Origin: an uncultured bacterium
Lineage (GTDB): Bacteria; Planctomycetota; UBA1135; GCA-002686595
NCBI GenBank assembly: GCA_943787795.1
Contig: CALSNU010000001.1
Span: 160,001 to 224,000, forward strand
Reading direction: 5' to 3'
DNA length: 64,000 nucleotides
In this document: positions 54,302 through 63,759 of the stretch, in pieces
Numbering within the stretch: position 1 is the first letter of the stretch
Layout of the letters: each line of letters begins with the position of its first letter
Position numbers and translations under genes: made by a program
Notes under the pieces: generated by a model
What the model saw: only the letters and a program-made list of their open reading frames with translations
Databases searched by the model: none
What the model was told of the DNA's origin: nothing

Positions 54302-54793
54302 ATGTGCCCCTCCGACGTCTTCCTCCCCTTCGAGCGCGCGCGCTTCAAGACGCGCCTCCCGCGCGGGCACTTCTACACCGCCGGACACATGTGGCTTCAC
54401 CAGGCCGAGCCGGACCTGTGGCACGTGGGGCTGACCCGCTTCGCCCTGCGGATGCTCGGTGAGCCGGTGGACCTGGATTTCGAGATGGCCCTGGAGACCG
54501 AGGTCGAGAAGGGCGACGTGGTGGGCTGGCTGGAGGGCTTCAAGGCGGTGACGGATCTCTACAGCCCCATCGACGGCAGGTTCGCCGGCGCGAACCCCGC
54601 CCTCGACGAGGGCCTCGACGCGGTCCACCGCTCCTCCTACCAGCGCGGCTGGCTCTTCGCCCTGCGGGGCAAGGTGGACGAGGACTGCGTGGACGCCGAG
54701 GGCTACGCGGCGGTCCTCGAGGCGGCCATCGACAAGGTGCTCGGGGAGCAGCCCGAGCTCGCCGAGGCCGAGGAGGGTGCGAGCCATGGCTGA
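54302..54793 (+). CDS. Glycine cleavage H-like (lipoyl carrier) protein
   Basis: HMWL, VGLTRFA...LGE.V, EGFKAVTDLYSP with the lipoyl Lys retained, N.AL, Y..GWLF. Confidence 0.85.
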   Translation: MCPSDVFLPFERARFKTRLPRGHFYTAGHMWLHQAEPDLWHVGLTRFALRMLGEPVDLDFEMALETEVEKGDVVGWLEGFKAVTDLYSPIDGRFAGANPALDEGLDAVHRSSYQRGWLFALRGKVDEDCVDAEGYAAVLEAAIDKVLGEQPELAEAEEGASHG

Positions 54794-55919
54794 GGACACC
54801 CGCGCCACCTACGTCATGATCGGCGGCTTCCTCGGGGCGGGGAAGACCACCGCCGTGGCCCGCATGGGGGCGGCGCTCACCGAGCGCGGCCTCAAGGTCG
54901 GGCTCATCACCAACGATCAGAGCTCCGGCCTCGTGGACACCTCCATCCTGCGCAGCCGCGGCTTCGCCGTGGAGGAGATCGCGGGGGGGTGCTTCTGCTG
55001 CCGCTTTGGGTCCCTGGCCGAGGCCGCCGAGCGGCTCGAGGCCAACGAGCGCCCCGACGTGTTTCTCGCGGAGCCGGTGGGGAGCTGCACGGACCTGGTG
55101 GCCACGGTGAGCTACCCGCTGCGCCGGATCTACGGCGACCGCTTCCGGGTCGCGCCGCTCTCGGTGCTCGTGGACCCCCAGCGCGCGCGGCGGGTCCTGG
55201 GGCTCGCGGCGGGGCGACGTTTCTCGGAGAAGGTGACCTACGTCTTCGAGAAGCAGCTCGAGGAGGCGGCCCTGATCGTCATCAACAAGGTGGACACCCT
55301 GGGGTCCGAGGAGCTGACGGAGCTTGAGGCGGCCCTGGCCGCGCGCTTCCCCGGTGCGAGGGTCCTCTCGGTCTCCGCGGAGCACGGGCGGGGGACGGAG
55401 GGATGGTTCGACCAGATCCTGGCCGAGGAGGCGGAGCCCCAGCCGACCATGGAGCTGGACTACACGACCTATGCCGAAGGCGAGGCCTTGCTGGGCTGGC
55501 TCAACCTCACGGCCCGGCTGTCTACTGATGGCGAGCCGGTGGACGCGAACCAGCTGCTCCTCGACCTCGCTGCGCGGATCCAGCGCGCCGCGGGCGAGCA
55601 AGACGCGGAGATCGCTCACCTCAAGGCGACCCTCGACGCGGGCGACGCGTCGGGGCGGCTGGCAGCCCTGTCGGTGACCTCCGGCGACGGAGAGGTGGAC
55701 CTGCGGGAGGCGCTGGTCGACGGCGTGCGCGCCGGCGAGCTCATCGTCAACCTCCGAGCGGAGGGCGATCCGGCGATCCTCAGGGCCATGGTGCTGGCGG
55801 CCCTCGAGACCGAAGCGGCCGCGCGTCCGGGCTGCACCCTTGAAGTGGAGCACGAGGAGCACTTCCGGCCCGCGCCGCCCGAGCCCACACACCGCGACGA
55901 GATCCGAGGGAGCGCCTGA
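54786..55919 (+). CDS. CobW/COG0523-like G3E GTPase metallochaperone
   Basis: GGFLGAGKTT, ITNDQ, EIAGGCFCC, EPVGSC, INKVD. Confidence 0.85.
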   Translation: MAEDTRATYVMIGGFLGAGKTTAVARMGAALTERGLKVGLITNDQSSGLVDTSILRSRGFAVEEIAGGCFCCRFGSLAEAAERLEANERPDVFLAEPVGSCTDLVATVSYPLRRIYGDRFRVAPLSVLVDPQRARRVLGLAAGRRFSEKVTYVFEKQLEEAALIVINKVDTLGSEELTELEAALAARFPGARVLSVSAEHGRGTEGWFDQILAEEAEPQPTMELDYTTYAEGEALLGWLNLTARLSTDGEPVDANQLLLDLAARIQRAAGEQDAEIAHLKATLDAGDASGRLAALSVTSGDGEVDLREALVDGVRAGELIVNLRAEGDPAILRAMVLAALETEAAARPGCTLEVEHEEHFRPAPPEPTHRDEIRGSA

Positions 55920-55922
55920 CCC

Positions 55923-56261
55923 ATGAGCCGCCGCATCGTCCACTGCCACTGCGTCTACTCGAAGGTGGTCCCCGCCGACGTGAAGGCCGCCGTCCTCGAG
56001 CGCCTCGCGGGCTCGGACGCGGACTTCGAGGCGGTCCCCGACCTGTGCGAGATGTCAGCGGGCAAGGACCCGGCGCTGGCGCGCTTCGCCGGGGACGGCG
56101 AGGTGGAGATCGTGGCCTGCTTCCCGCGCGCCGTTCGATGGCTCTTCCACTCTGCGGGTCACGATCTGGCTGCGGAGGCTAGCATCCACAACATGCGATC
56201 ATCGACGGCTGACGAGGTCTGCGGGGCCCTGGGCCTTCCGGACGGGGAGAGCGCCTCTTGA
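55923..56261 (+). CDS. Small Cys-rich protein (CxC...LC...AC.PR)
   Basis: HCHC, DLCE, IVACFPRAVRWLF; tightly coupled to both neighbours. Confidence 0.7.
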   Translation: MSRRIVHCHCVYSKVVPADVKAAVLERLAGSDADFEAVPDLCEMSAGKDPALARFAGDGEVEIVACFPRAVRWLFHSAGHDLAAEASIHNMRSSTADEVCGALGLPDGESAS

Positions 56262-57112
56262 AGCCGCGCGAGGCTGCCCGTCCGGGCCCGAGCGCGCCCT
56301 TCGGCGAGCTCCACGTCACCGTGGAGCCGGGGGGCTTCGACGGCGTGGACGCCGCCGGCCGTGGAGCGGTCCTCGCTGCGCTGCTGGAGGCGGGGCACCC
56401 CGTCTCCCGTAAGGCCGGCGCGGGCGAGGGAGCCCTCGCACGCCTGGGCGGCGACGTGGGCGTCTTGGACCGCGCACCCGAGCAGGTGGTCGAGGACGTG
56501 GCTGCGCGGCGTGAGGCCGCCGCGGCGCCGGCGCCGGGAGCGTGGACGCCGTGGTTCCCGGTCATCGACTACGACCGCTGCACGAACTGCATGCAGTGCC
56601 TCTCCTTCTGCCTGTTCGACGTGTACTCGGTGGACGGCGACGGCCGGATCACGGTCCAGAACCAGGAGAAGTGCAAGACCAGCTGCCCTGCCTGCAGCCG
56701 CGTCTGCCCCGAGGTCGCGATCCTCTTCCCCAAGTACAAGAAGGGACCCATCAACGGGGACGAGGTCAAGGCCGAGGACATCGCGTCGGAGTCCATGAAG
56801 GTGGACATCTCCTCGCTCCTGGGCGGCGACATCTACTCGGCCCTCAAGGAGCGCAGCGGCTCGGCCAAGCAGCGCTTCTCCACCGAGCGGGACGAGTCCA
56901 AGGCCCTCCTGGAGCGCAAGCGCTGCCTGAAGGAGCTCAAGGACAAGCTCGACATCCCCTCGGAGGTCCTCATGAGCCTGCCGAGCGCAGGGGACATCGA
57001 GGAGCGAGCGCGACGCGCCCGCGCCAAGCAGGAGGAGCGCATCGCGCGCTCCCGCTCGGCCCAGGACCAGAAGAAGACCGAAGGTCCGAGCACCCAGGAG
57101 TGGGACATTTGA
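56258..57112 (+). CDS. 2x[4Fe-4S] ferredoxin domain protein with helical C-terminal extension
   Basis: CTNCMQCLSFC and CKTSCPACSRVCP. Confidence 0.85.
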   Translation: MKPREAARPGPSAPFGELHVTVEPGGFDGVDAAGRGAVLAALLEAGHPVSRKAGAGEGALARLGGDVGVLDRAPEQVVEDVAARREAAAAPAPGAWTPWFPVIDYDRCTNCMQCLSFCLFDVYSVDGDGRITVQNQEKCKTSCPACSRVCPEVAILFPKYKKGPINGDEVKAEDIASESMKVDISSLLGGDIYSALKERSGSAKQRFSTERDESKALLERKRCLKELKDKLDIPSEVLMSLPSAGDIEERARRARAKQEERIARSRSAQDQKKTEGPSTQEWDI

Positions 57113-58305
57113 GCGCCGCCCTCGCCATGCGCGTCCTCCGCACGACCTCCCCGAAGGTCCAGTGGAAGTTCGCCTACAACTTCGGCTGGAAGGGCATGCG
57201 CAGCGTGCAGCGCTTCAAGAGCCGCCTCAAGGAGGGGAAGGTCTTCCCGCCCTTCCTCTACATCTCGATCATCAACTCCTGCAACCTGCGCTGCCGCGGG
57301 TGCTGGGTGGACGTCGCGGCGCCCCAGAAGAAGATCAGCTTCGAGGACTTCGACCGCATGGTCACCAACGCCAAGAAGCACGGGAACCGCTTCTTCGGCA
57401 TCCTCGGTGGGGAGCCATTCCTGCACCCTGACCTGATGCGCATGCTCGCGGCGCACCCGGACTGCTACTTCCAGATCTTCACCAACGGGCAGCCGATCAC
57501 CGACGAGGTGGCCGCCGAGCTCGCGCGCCTCGGCAACGCGACGCCGCTCATCAGCGTCGAGGGCGACACCGTCGAGAGCGACGCGCGCCGCGGGCGCACG
57601 GACGTCTACGACAAGACCCTCGCGGGCATCGAGGCGGCGCTGCGACACAAGCTCCTGGTGGGCGTGGCGTCCAGCGTGTGCGCCACCAACTACGACCAGC
57701 TCGTGCGCGAGGAGTGGGTGGACAAGCTCATCGATCTGGGCGTGCACTACTGCTGGTTCCACACCTACCGCGCCGTGGGGCCAGACGCCGCCCCCGAGCT
57801 GGCGCTGACCCCCGAGCAGATCCGCAGCACCCGCCAGTTCGCCGTGGACATGCGCAACCGCAAGGCCATCGGCTTCGTGGACGCCTACTGGGACGACAAG
57901 GGCCAGGCCCTGTGCCCCGCTGCCATCGGGATCAGCCACCACATCTCGCCCTACGGGGACGTGGAGCCCTGCCCGATCGTCCAGTACGCCACCGAGCGCA
58001 TCCAGGACAACGACGGCGACATCTACAAGACGCTCACCGAGTCCAAGATGCTCGAGGACTTCCGGCGCACCGCCGCGGAGACCACCCGAGGCTGCATCGT
58101 GCTCGAGGCCCCCGACAAGCTGGCCGAGGTGGGCCGGCGCCACGGCGCCCGCGACACCACCGCCCGGGGCGACGCCTTCGAAGAATATGACCGGATGGAG
58201 TCCCGGCCGAGCCAGCACGACCCGGGCAATGAGATCCCCGAGAAGCACTGGATGTATCGCTTCGCCAAGAAGCACTGGTTCTTCGGGTTCGGCGCCTACA
58301 CCTGA
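57109..58305 (+). CDS. Radical SAM enzyme with SPASM/Twitch-like C-terminus
   Basis: CNLRCRGC, GGEPFLH, FTNG, LCPAA...ISPYGDVEPCP...GC; TTG start overlaps the ferredoxin stop. Confidence 0.9.
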   Translation: MSAALAMRVLRTTSPKVQWKFAYNFGWKGMRSVQRFKSRLKEGKVFPPFLYISIINSCNLRCRGCWVDVAAPQKKISFEDFDRMVTNAKKHGNRFFGILGGEPFLHPDLMRMLAAHPDCYFQIFTNGQPITDEVAAELARLGNATPLISVEGDTVESDARRGRTDVYDKTLAGIEAALRHKLLVGVASSVCATNYDQLVREEWVDKLIDLGVHYCWFHTYRAVGPDAAPELALTPEQIRSTRQFAVDMRNRKAIGFVDAYWDDKGQALCPAAIGISHHISPYGDVEPCPIVQYATERIQDNDGDIYKTLTESKMLEDFRRTAAETTRGCIVLEAPDKLAEVGRRHGARDTTARGDAFEEYDRMESRPSQHDPGNEIPEKHWMYRFAKKHWFFGFGAYT

Positions 58306-58419
58306 GCCTGCCGGCGGGCGGCGGCCCGTGTACAGGTTGTTCAGCCCCGGCGGCGTTTCAGCGCACCCGGAGCATCGAGCCCCTAGAATGCGACGAAGCC
58401 TTCCCCGGACGCCACGACG

Positions 58420-60273
58420 ATGAACCCGCCCCCCGATCCCGCCACCGCCTCCCCCGACGCGCCGACCGAGGCCGCTCCGGAGGCGACCCCCGCGATCCGG
58501 AGCACCCTCTCCGGCGGCGAGACCCGGGTGCAGCTACCCCGCCGTTTGCCCATCGTCCGTGAGCGCACGACCCAGTCCAACATCCCGAACGAGCGCGCCA
58601 CCCGCGACCGTTTGCGGAGCCTCGCCGCGGCGCTGGTCGCCGAGCGAGCGGTCGTCGCACCCGCCTCGATCCTGCAGCTGCGGGAGCTGGCCGTGGAGGT
58701 CATCCGGCGCGCCGATGTGGACGACGTCTTCATCGACTACACCGCGGTCCTCCTGAACAACGAGGTCTGGCGGGACGAGCTGGCCCAGGTGCCCTACGAG
58801 CGGCGCCTGCTGCTCCTCCCCAAGTGCCTGCGGGTCGAGGAACACTGCCCCGCCCCCTTCGACGAGTTCGGGATGCTGTGCAAGGAGTGCGGCCTGTGCT
58901 CCATCGAGGACTTCACGCGCGAGGCCGAGGAGCTCGGCTACGCGGTGCTCATCGCAGAGGGCTCGGCCATCGTCACGGCCATGGTGGAGACCGGCAAGAT
59001 CGACGCCATCGTGGGGGTCTCTTGCCTCAACGTGCTGGAGAAGTGCTTCCCGCACATGGAGCGGGTGGCGATCCCGGGCATGTCGATCCCGCTGCTCCAG
59101 GACGACTGCATCGACACGAACGTGGACGTGGACCAGGTCCGCGACCTCATTCACCTCACCGCCGAGGACCGCACCTACCGCCTCGACCTCGAGGGGCTCA
59201 AGGGCGACGTCCGCGCCTGGTTCAAGCGCGACGCGCTGGACGAGGTCATGGGCCCCGCCGCCGGGGTGGACCCCGCCACGGACGACCTGGCACGGGACTG
59301 GCTCGCGCGCGACGGCAAGCGCTGGCGACCCTATCTCGCGACCGCGATCTGGATGGCCCTGGAGAGCGAGGGCCGCGCCGAGGCGCCGGCCTTCACCGCG
59401 GACGTGCGCAAGCTCGCGGTGGCCATCGAATGCTTCCACAAGGCGTCGCTGATCCACGACGACATCGAGGACGGGGACGACGTGCGCTACGGCGCGCCCA
59501 CGCTGCACGCCGAGCACGGCGTCGCGGTGGCCATCAACATCGGGGACCTGCTCCTCGGTGAGGGCTACCGCCTGCTGGGCGAGCTCGAGGTCGTGGGTGA
59601 GACCCGCGCCCAGCTCCTGTCCGTCGCGGCCCAGGGCCACGCGACGCTCTCGCGCGGCCAGGGCGCCGAGCTCAACTGGGCACGGGCGCCGCGGCCCCTC
59701 AGCTCCCTGGAGGTCCTCGGGATCTTCCGGGAGAAGACGGCGCCGGCCTTCGAGGTCGCCCTGCGCCAGGGCGCGCTCCTCGCGGGCGCCGCGCCGGAGG
59801 TGCTCGAGGTGCTCGGGCCTTACAGCGAGGCCCTCGGCATCGCCTACCAGATCCACGATGACCTGGACGACTTCACCGGCGAGGGCGACTCGGACGACCT
59901 GGCCGACCTGCGCCCCTCGCTGATCATGGCCATCGCCCACAAGCGGGCGGCCGGCGGCGATGCCGAGGCCATGCTGGACGCGATCTGGCGCAAGGAGCGC
60001 CCCGTGGGCTCCCCCGGCTCCGACGAGCGGCTGGCCCTGGAGGCGCGCCTTGGGGAGTGGGGCGTCGTCCAGAAGGCCCGCGACCTCGCGGACGCCTACG
60101 AGGTGGCGGCGGTGGAGTCGCTGACACCGCTCCAGCACCCCAGCGTCAAGGGGCTCCTGCGCCGGGTCGTGGGCAAGATCTTCGGGGAGGGTGACCTCAT
60201 CGAGGGCTACTGCTCCGAGTTCGAGGCGCTGAACCGGTCTCGCCAGGAAGAGGCGCCGAAGACGACCGCTTGA
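58420..60273 (+). CDS. DUF116-like Cys-rich domain fused to a trans-polyprenyl diphosphate synthase
   Basis: LLLPKCLR...C......CKECGLC...GVSC; then GKRWRP, FARM HDDIED...RYG, GQ.AEL, KT, SARM QIHDDLDD. Confidence 0.88.
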   Translation: MNPPPDPATASPDAPTEAAPEATPAIRSTLSGGETRVQLPRRLPIVRERTTQSNIPNERATRDRLRSLAAALVAERAVVAPASILQLRELAVEVIRRADVDDVFIDYTAVLLNNEVWRDELAQVPYERRLLLLPKCLRVEEHCPAPFDEFGMLCKECGLCSIEDFTREAEELGYAVLIAEGSAIVTAMVETGKIDAIVGVSCLNVLEKCFPHMERVAIPGMSIPLLQDDCIDTNVDVDQVRDLIHLTAEDRTYRLDLEGLKGDVRAWFKRDALDEVMGPAAGVDPATDDLARDWLARDGKRWRPYLATAIWMALESEGRAEAPAFTADVRKLAVAIECFHKASLIHDDIEDGDDVRYGAPTLHAEHGVAVAINIGDLLLGEGYRLLGELEVVGETRAQLLSVAAQGHATLSRGQGAELNWARAPRPLSSLEVLGIFREKTAPAFEVALRQGALLAGAAPEVLEVLGPYSEALGIAYQIHDDLDDFTGEGDSDDLADLRPSLIMAIAHKRAAGGDAEAMLDAIWRKERPVGSPGSDERLALEARLGEWGVVQKARDLADAYEVAAVESLTPLQHPSVKGLLRRVVGKIFGEGDLIEGYCSEFEALNRSRQEEAPKTTA

Positions 60274-61148
60274 GCCTCCGCCTCGAGATGCTGCAGGTGG
60301 CCCGGCTCGCGCCGGGTGTGCTTGGTGGAGCCACGCCAAAGGTGGCAGAGTTCGTGCGCTCGCAGCTCACCGCCGAGGGCGGGGGCATGGATCGCGCCGG
60401 GAAGCCGGACCTCTACTACACGGCGTTCCTGCTCGATGCGCTGGTCGCGCTCTCGGAGGAGCTGCCCGCCGACCAGGTGCGCCCCTACCTCCAGACGTTC
60501 GGTGACGGGGAGGACCTTGACCTGGTGCACCGCGCGTGCCTGGTGCGTTGTTGGGCCGCCCTGGGAGAGGGCTGGCCGAGTGAGACCTTTGTCAGCTCGA
60601 TCACCGAGCACCTCGCGCGCTGCCGGAGCGCAGACGGCTCCTTCGGCATGGACCCAGGCCGCGCGCGCGGCACGCTCTACGACGCGTTCCTCGCGCTCGG
60701 CGTCTACCAGGACCTGGGTGTCCCGATGCCCGCGCCGGTGGTGCTCGGCGCGGCCATGGTGGAGCTCCGAACGCCGGATGGCGGCTTCTCCAACGAGAGC
60801 GAGCTGAGGTGGGGGATGGGTCCCTCCACCGCCGCGGCGGTCGCGGTCCTCTCTCAGCTCGAGCTCCCGGTGCCCGACGACGTCGCCCCCTGGCTCCTCT
60901 CGCAGATCCATCCCAAGGGCGGCTTCAAGGCGATTCCCGACGCGCCCATGCCGGACCTGCTCTCCACGGCGACGATCCTCCACGCCCTGGGGATCCTCGG
61001 CGCGGACATCGGGGGCGCGAAGGAGCTGTGCCTCGACTACCTCGACACCCTCTGGAACGGCCAGAGCTTCTACGGCCACTGGGCCGAGGAGGAGCTGGAC
61101 GTGGAGTACACCTTCTACGCGCTGCTCGCCCTCGGGCACCTGTCCTGA
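60270..61148 (+). CDS. Prenyltransferase/squalene oxidase (PFTB) repeat protein
   Basis: Repeats EGG..DRAGKPDLYYT, DGSF, DGGF, KGGF....PDLLSTAT, DVEYTFYALLALG; coupled to the upstream gene (TTGA). Confidence 0.82.
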   Translation: MSLRLEMLQVARLAPGVLGGATPKVAEFVRSQLTAEGGGMDRAGKPDLYYTAFLLDALVALSEELPADQVRPYLQTFGDGEDLDLVHRACLVRCWAALGEGWPSETFVSSITEHLARCRSADGSFGMDPGRARGTLYDAFLALGVYQDLGVPMPAPVVLGAAMVELRTPDGGFSNESELRWGMGPSTAAAVAVLSQLELPVPDDVAPWLLSQIHPKGGFKAIPDAPMPDLLSTATILHALGILGADIGGAKELCLDYLDTLWNGQSFYGHWAEEELDVEYTFYALLALGHLS

Positions 61149-61282
61149 ACCCACGAGGGGCGCCAGCTGGGCGGGCGGCGCGCTGGCCCTCAAGGCCCGC
61201 GGCCAAGGAGCGGGAGGCGCCGCCAGGGGCCAGCAGGGGTGGTGTCCTTCTGGTTTCAGCGACCGGCCCTTAGGGTCGAGAC

Positions 61283-63691
61283 ATGAAGCTCCTCGCCTTG
61301 GCCCCGTCGATTGCCCTCTCTCTCGCGGCGATCATCGTCGCGGCCCCGGCTGCCGCTCAGGGCGCCGACCTCTGCGTCTTCGCCCAGCCGATCACGGCCA
61401 CGGGGGCTTTCCCCGTGGACACCTCCCTCGCCGCGACCGACGGCCCCGCGAACGGCTGCGGTGAGAACGGCCAGATCCACAACGACGTGTGGTTCCGGTG
61501 GACGAGCACCGTGAGCGGGACGGTGCAGATGGACACCTGCGCCGCGGCGACCTTCGACACGACCGTGGCGGTCTACCCCGACGAGAGCTGCGCGACGGCG
61601 GCGCCGATCGTGTGCAACGACGACCAGTGCGCGCTCCGCTCGAGGGTGGCGTTCACCGCGGTGGCGGGAGTGGATTACCTCGTCCGGGTCGGGGGCTGGA
61701 ACGACGTGGCGCGCGGGACGGCGACGCTCACCATCAGCTCGGTGACGGGGGTCTCGAACGACACCTGCGCGAACCCCGCGCCCATCACGGGCTTCGGCGT
61801 CTTCCCGATGGACACCACCCAGGCCATGACGGAGGGCGTGGCGGACGGCTGCGGCTCGGGCGGCCAGATCTACCGGGACGTGTGGTACCTGTGGACCGCG
61901 ACCGTGGACGGGTCCACCGAGGTCAACACCTGCCAGGCGAGCTTCGACACGACGATCGCCGTCTATGACGGCGCGGCGTGCCCCACGGCGGCGCCCATCG
62001 CCTGCAACGACGACGCCTGCAGTATCCAGACGCGCGTGACCTTCCCGGCCATCGCAGGCAACACCTACCTGCTCCGAATGGGGGGCTTCAACGAGTCGGC
62101 GGGCGGCGTCTTCGACGCGACGATCAGCGCGGGGAGCGGGGTCAACTGCTCCTCACCGCCAGCGGGTCCGGACGTGATCATCGGCGACCTGCCGGCCATC
62201 CAGAGCTACGGCGGCGCGGCCGAGATGAGCGCCTTCGCCCTCGCCACCACCGCCTGCAACGTGGGGGACGCCACCATGAACTGGAACGGGAGCAACCGCT
62301 TCCACCCGGTCATCGGCCAGAACCTCTACCGCATCGAGGACGGCGCGATCCGGCAGCTCGGGATGTCCTGGCTCAAGCACGGCTTCGCCTCGGCCACGGG
62401 GAGCCTGTGCTGCACCTGCATCAACCCCGGCTCGAACCAGATCATGGGTGTCGGCTGCTCGGACCCCTATGGCGCCAGCATCAACGGCGCCCAGAGCGGG
62501 CTCGGGCCGCGCTCGGAGGTGAACCCCTGGACCGGGCTGTTCGCCTACCCCTTCGGGACCCAGGGCCAGACGGGTGACGTGATCTACAAGCGCCTGCAGG
62601 TGCCCACCCAGGACGTGGACCCGGCGCTTCACCCGGCGGCGCGGTACGTCGTCGAGGGTCAGTACGTGACCCCGGACGACGCCCAGGCCGGGAACCAGAA
62701 CAACAACTGTTCGTGGGCGGACGCCCAGCCCAGCGGGCCGGTCGCGGGGGGCCTGGGGCTCGCGATCTCGGGGGCCACGAGCGTGGGGGAGCCGGCGATC
62801 TTCGCCTGGCGAGCGGACGACCCGGAGGTGCAGATCTCGACCGTCGCGGCGGCGGGGGACGGGGTGATCCACGTGGGCTCCCGCGCCCATGACAACGGGG
62901 ACGGGACCTGGCGCTACGAGTACGCCGTGCACAACGAGACCTCGGCGCGCGCCGCCCGGAGCCTGCGGGTCCCGGTGGCGGCGGGGAGCACGGTCACGGG
63001 CGCGGCGTTCCACGACGTGGACTATCACTCTGGCGAGCCCTACGACGGGACCGACTGGGCGTTCACTGTCGCGGCGGGCGCCATGGAGTGGGCCACGCCA
63101 GGGCACGCCGTGAACCCGGACGGCAACGCCCTGCGCTGGGGGACGCTGTACGGCTTCACCGTCACGGCGAGCGCGCCGCCGGTGGCGGGCGCGGTGGACC
63201 TGGAGCTGTTCGTGCCGGGGCTCGAGAACCTGCTCACCGCCGCGGCCATCGTCCCCGGGGTGCCGGTGTTGGGGGAGCGCTACTGCTCGCCCGCGATCGT
63301 CAACTCCAGCGGGGCGCCCGCCGTACTCCGAGCCCTCGGGAGCGCCGTGGTCGCCGACGATGACCTGACGCTCGAGGCGAGCTCCATGCCCCTCCACACC
63401 TCGGGCTACATGCTCGCGTCCCTGGACGAGGGCTTCGCCGCCCAGCCGGGGGGGAGCCAGGGCAACCTCTGCCTCGGCGGCGCCATCGCGCGCTTCCGCT
63501 CCCAGGTGATGAGCTCGGGCGCCGAGGGTCGCTTCTCGATCCCCGTGGACCTCGCGGCGATCCCGATCACGCCGCCCACCGCGGTCCTCCCCGGGGAGAC
63601 CTGGCGGTTCCAGTGCTGGTTCCGCGACCAGCTGGTCTTCGGCATCACCTCGTCGAACTTCACGGACGCCGTGCGGGTCACCTTCGAATAG
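61283..63691 (+). CDS. Large secreted Cys-rich protein: two N-terminal repeats, central domain, lineage-type C-terminal domain
   Basis: Signal peptide; two DVW..WT.TV.G....TC...FDT..AVY...CNDD.C repeats; C-terminal YCSPAIVNSSG...NLCLGG...PGETWRFQCWFRD...NFTDAVRVTF. Confidence 0.82.
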   Translation: MKLLALAPSIALSLAAIIVAAPAAAQGADLCVFAQPITATGAFPVDTSLAATDGPANGCGENGQIHNDVWFRWTSTVSGTVQMDTCAAATFDTTVAVYPDESCATAAPIVCNDDQCALRSRVAFTAVAGVDYLVRVGGWNDVARGTATLTISSVTGVSNDTCANPAPITGFGVFPMDTTQAMTEGVADGCGSGGQIYRDVWYLWTATVDGSTEVNTCQASFDTTIAVYDGAACPTAAPIACNDDACSIQTRVTFPAIAGNTYLLRMGGFNESAGGVFDATISAGSGVNCSSPPAGPDVIIGDLPAIQSYGGAAEMSAFALATTACNVGDATMNWNGSNRFHPVIGQNLYRIEDGAIRQLGMSWLKHGFASATGSLCCTCINPGSNQIMGVGCSDPYGASINGAQSGLGPRSEVNPWTGLFAYPFGTQGQTGDVIYKRLQVPTQDVDPALHPAARYVVEGQYVTPDDAQAGNQNNNCSWADAQPSGPVAGGLGLAISGATSVGEPAIFAWRADDPEVQISTVAAAGDGVIHVGSRAHDNGDGTWRYEYAVHNETSARAARSLRVPVAAGSTVTGAAFHDVDYHSGEPYDGTDWAFTVAAGAMEWATPGHAVNPDGNALRWGTLYGFTVTASAPPVAGAVDLELFVPGLENLLTAAAIVPGVPVLGERYCSPAIVNSSGAPAVLRALGSAVVADDDLTLEASSMPLHTSGYMLASLDEGFAAQPGGSQGNLCLGGAIARFRSQVMSSGAEGRFSIPVDLAAIPITPPTAVLPGETWRFQCWFRDQLVFGITSSNFTDAVRVTFE

Positions 63692-63759
63692 GGGGCGTCC
63701 GGCCGAGGGGGGGCGGCGGCGCGCCGTCGAGCCCGCCGCCGCCCGTATACTCCTGCTCC

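Noticed and set aside
56542..57108. N-terminal extension of the radical SAM ORF (587 aa)
   Set aside because: Overlaps the ferredoxin gene in another frame; the real start is probably TTG 57109
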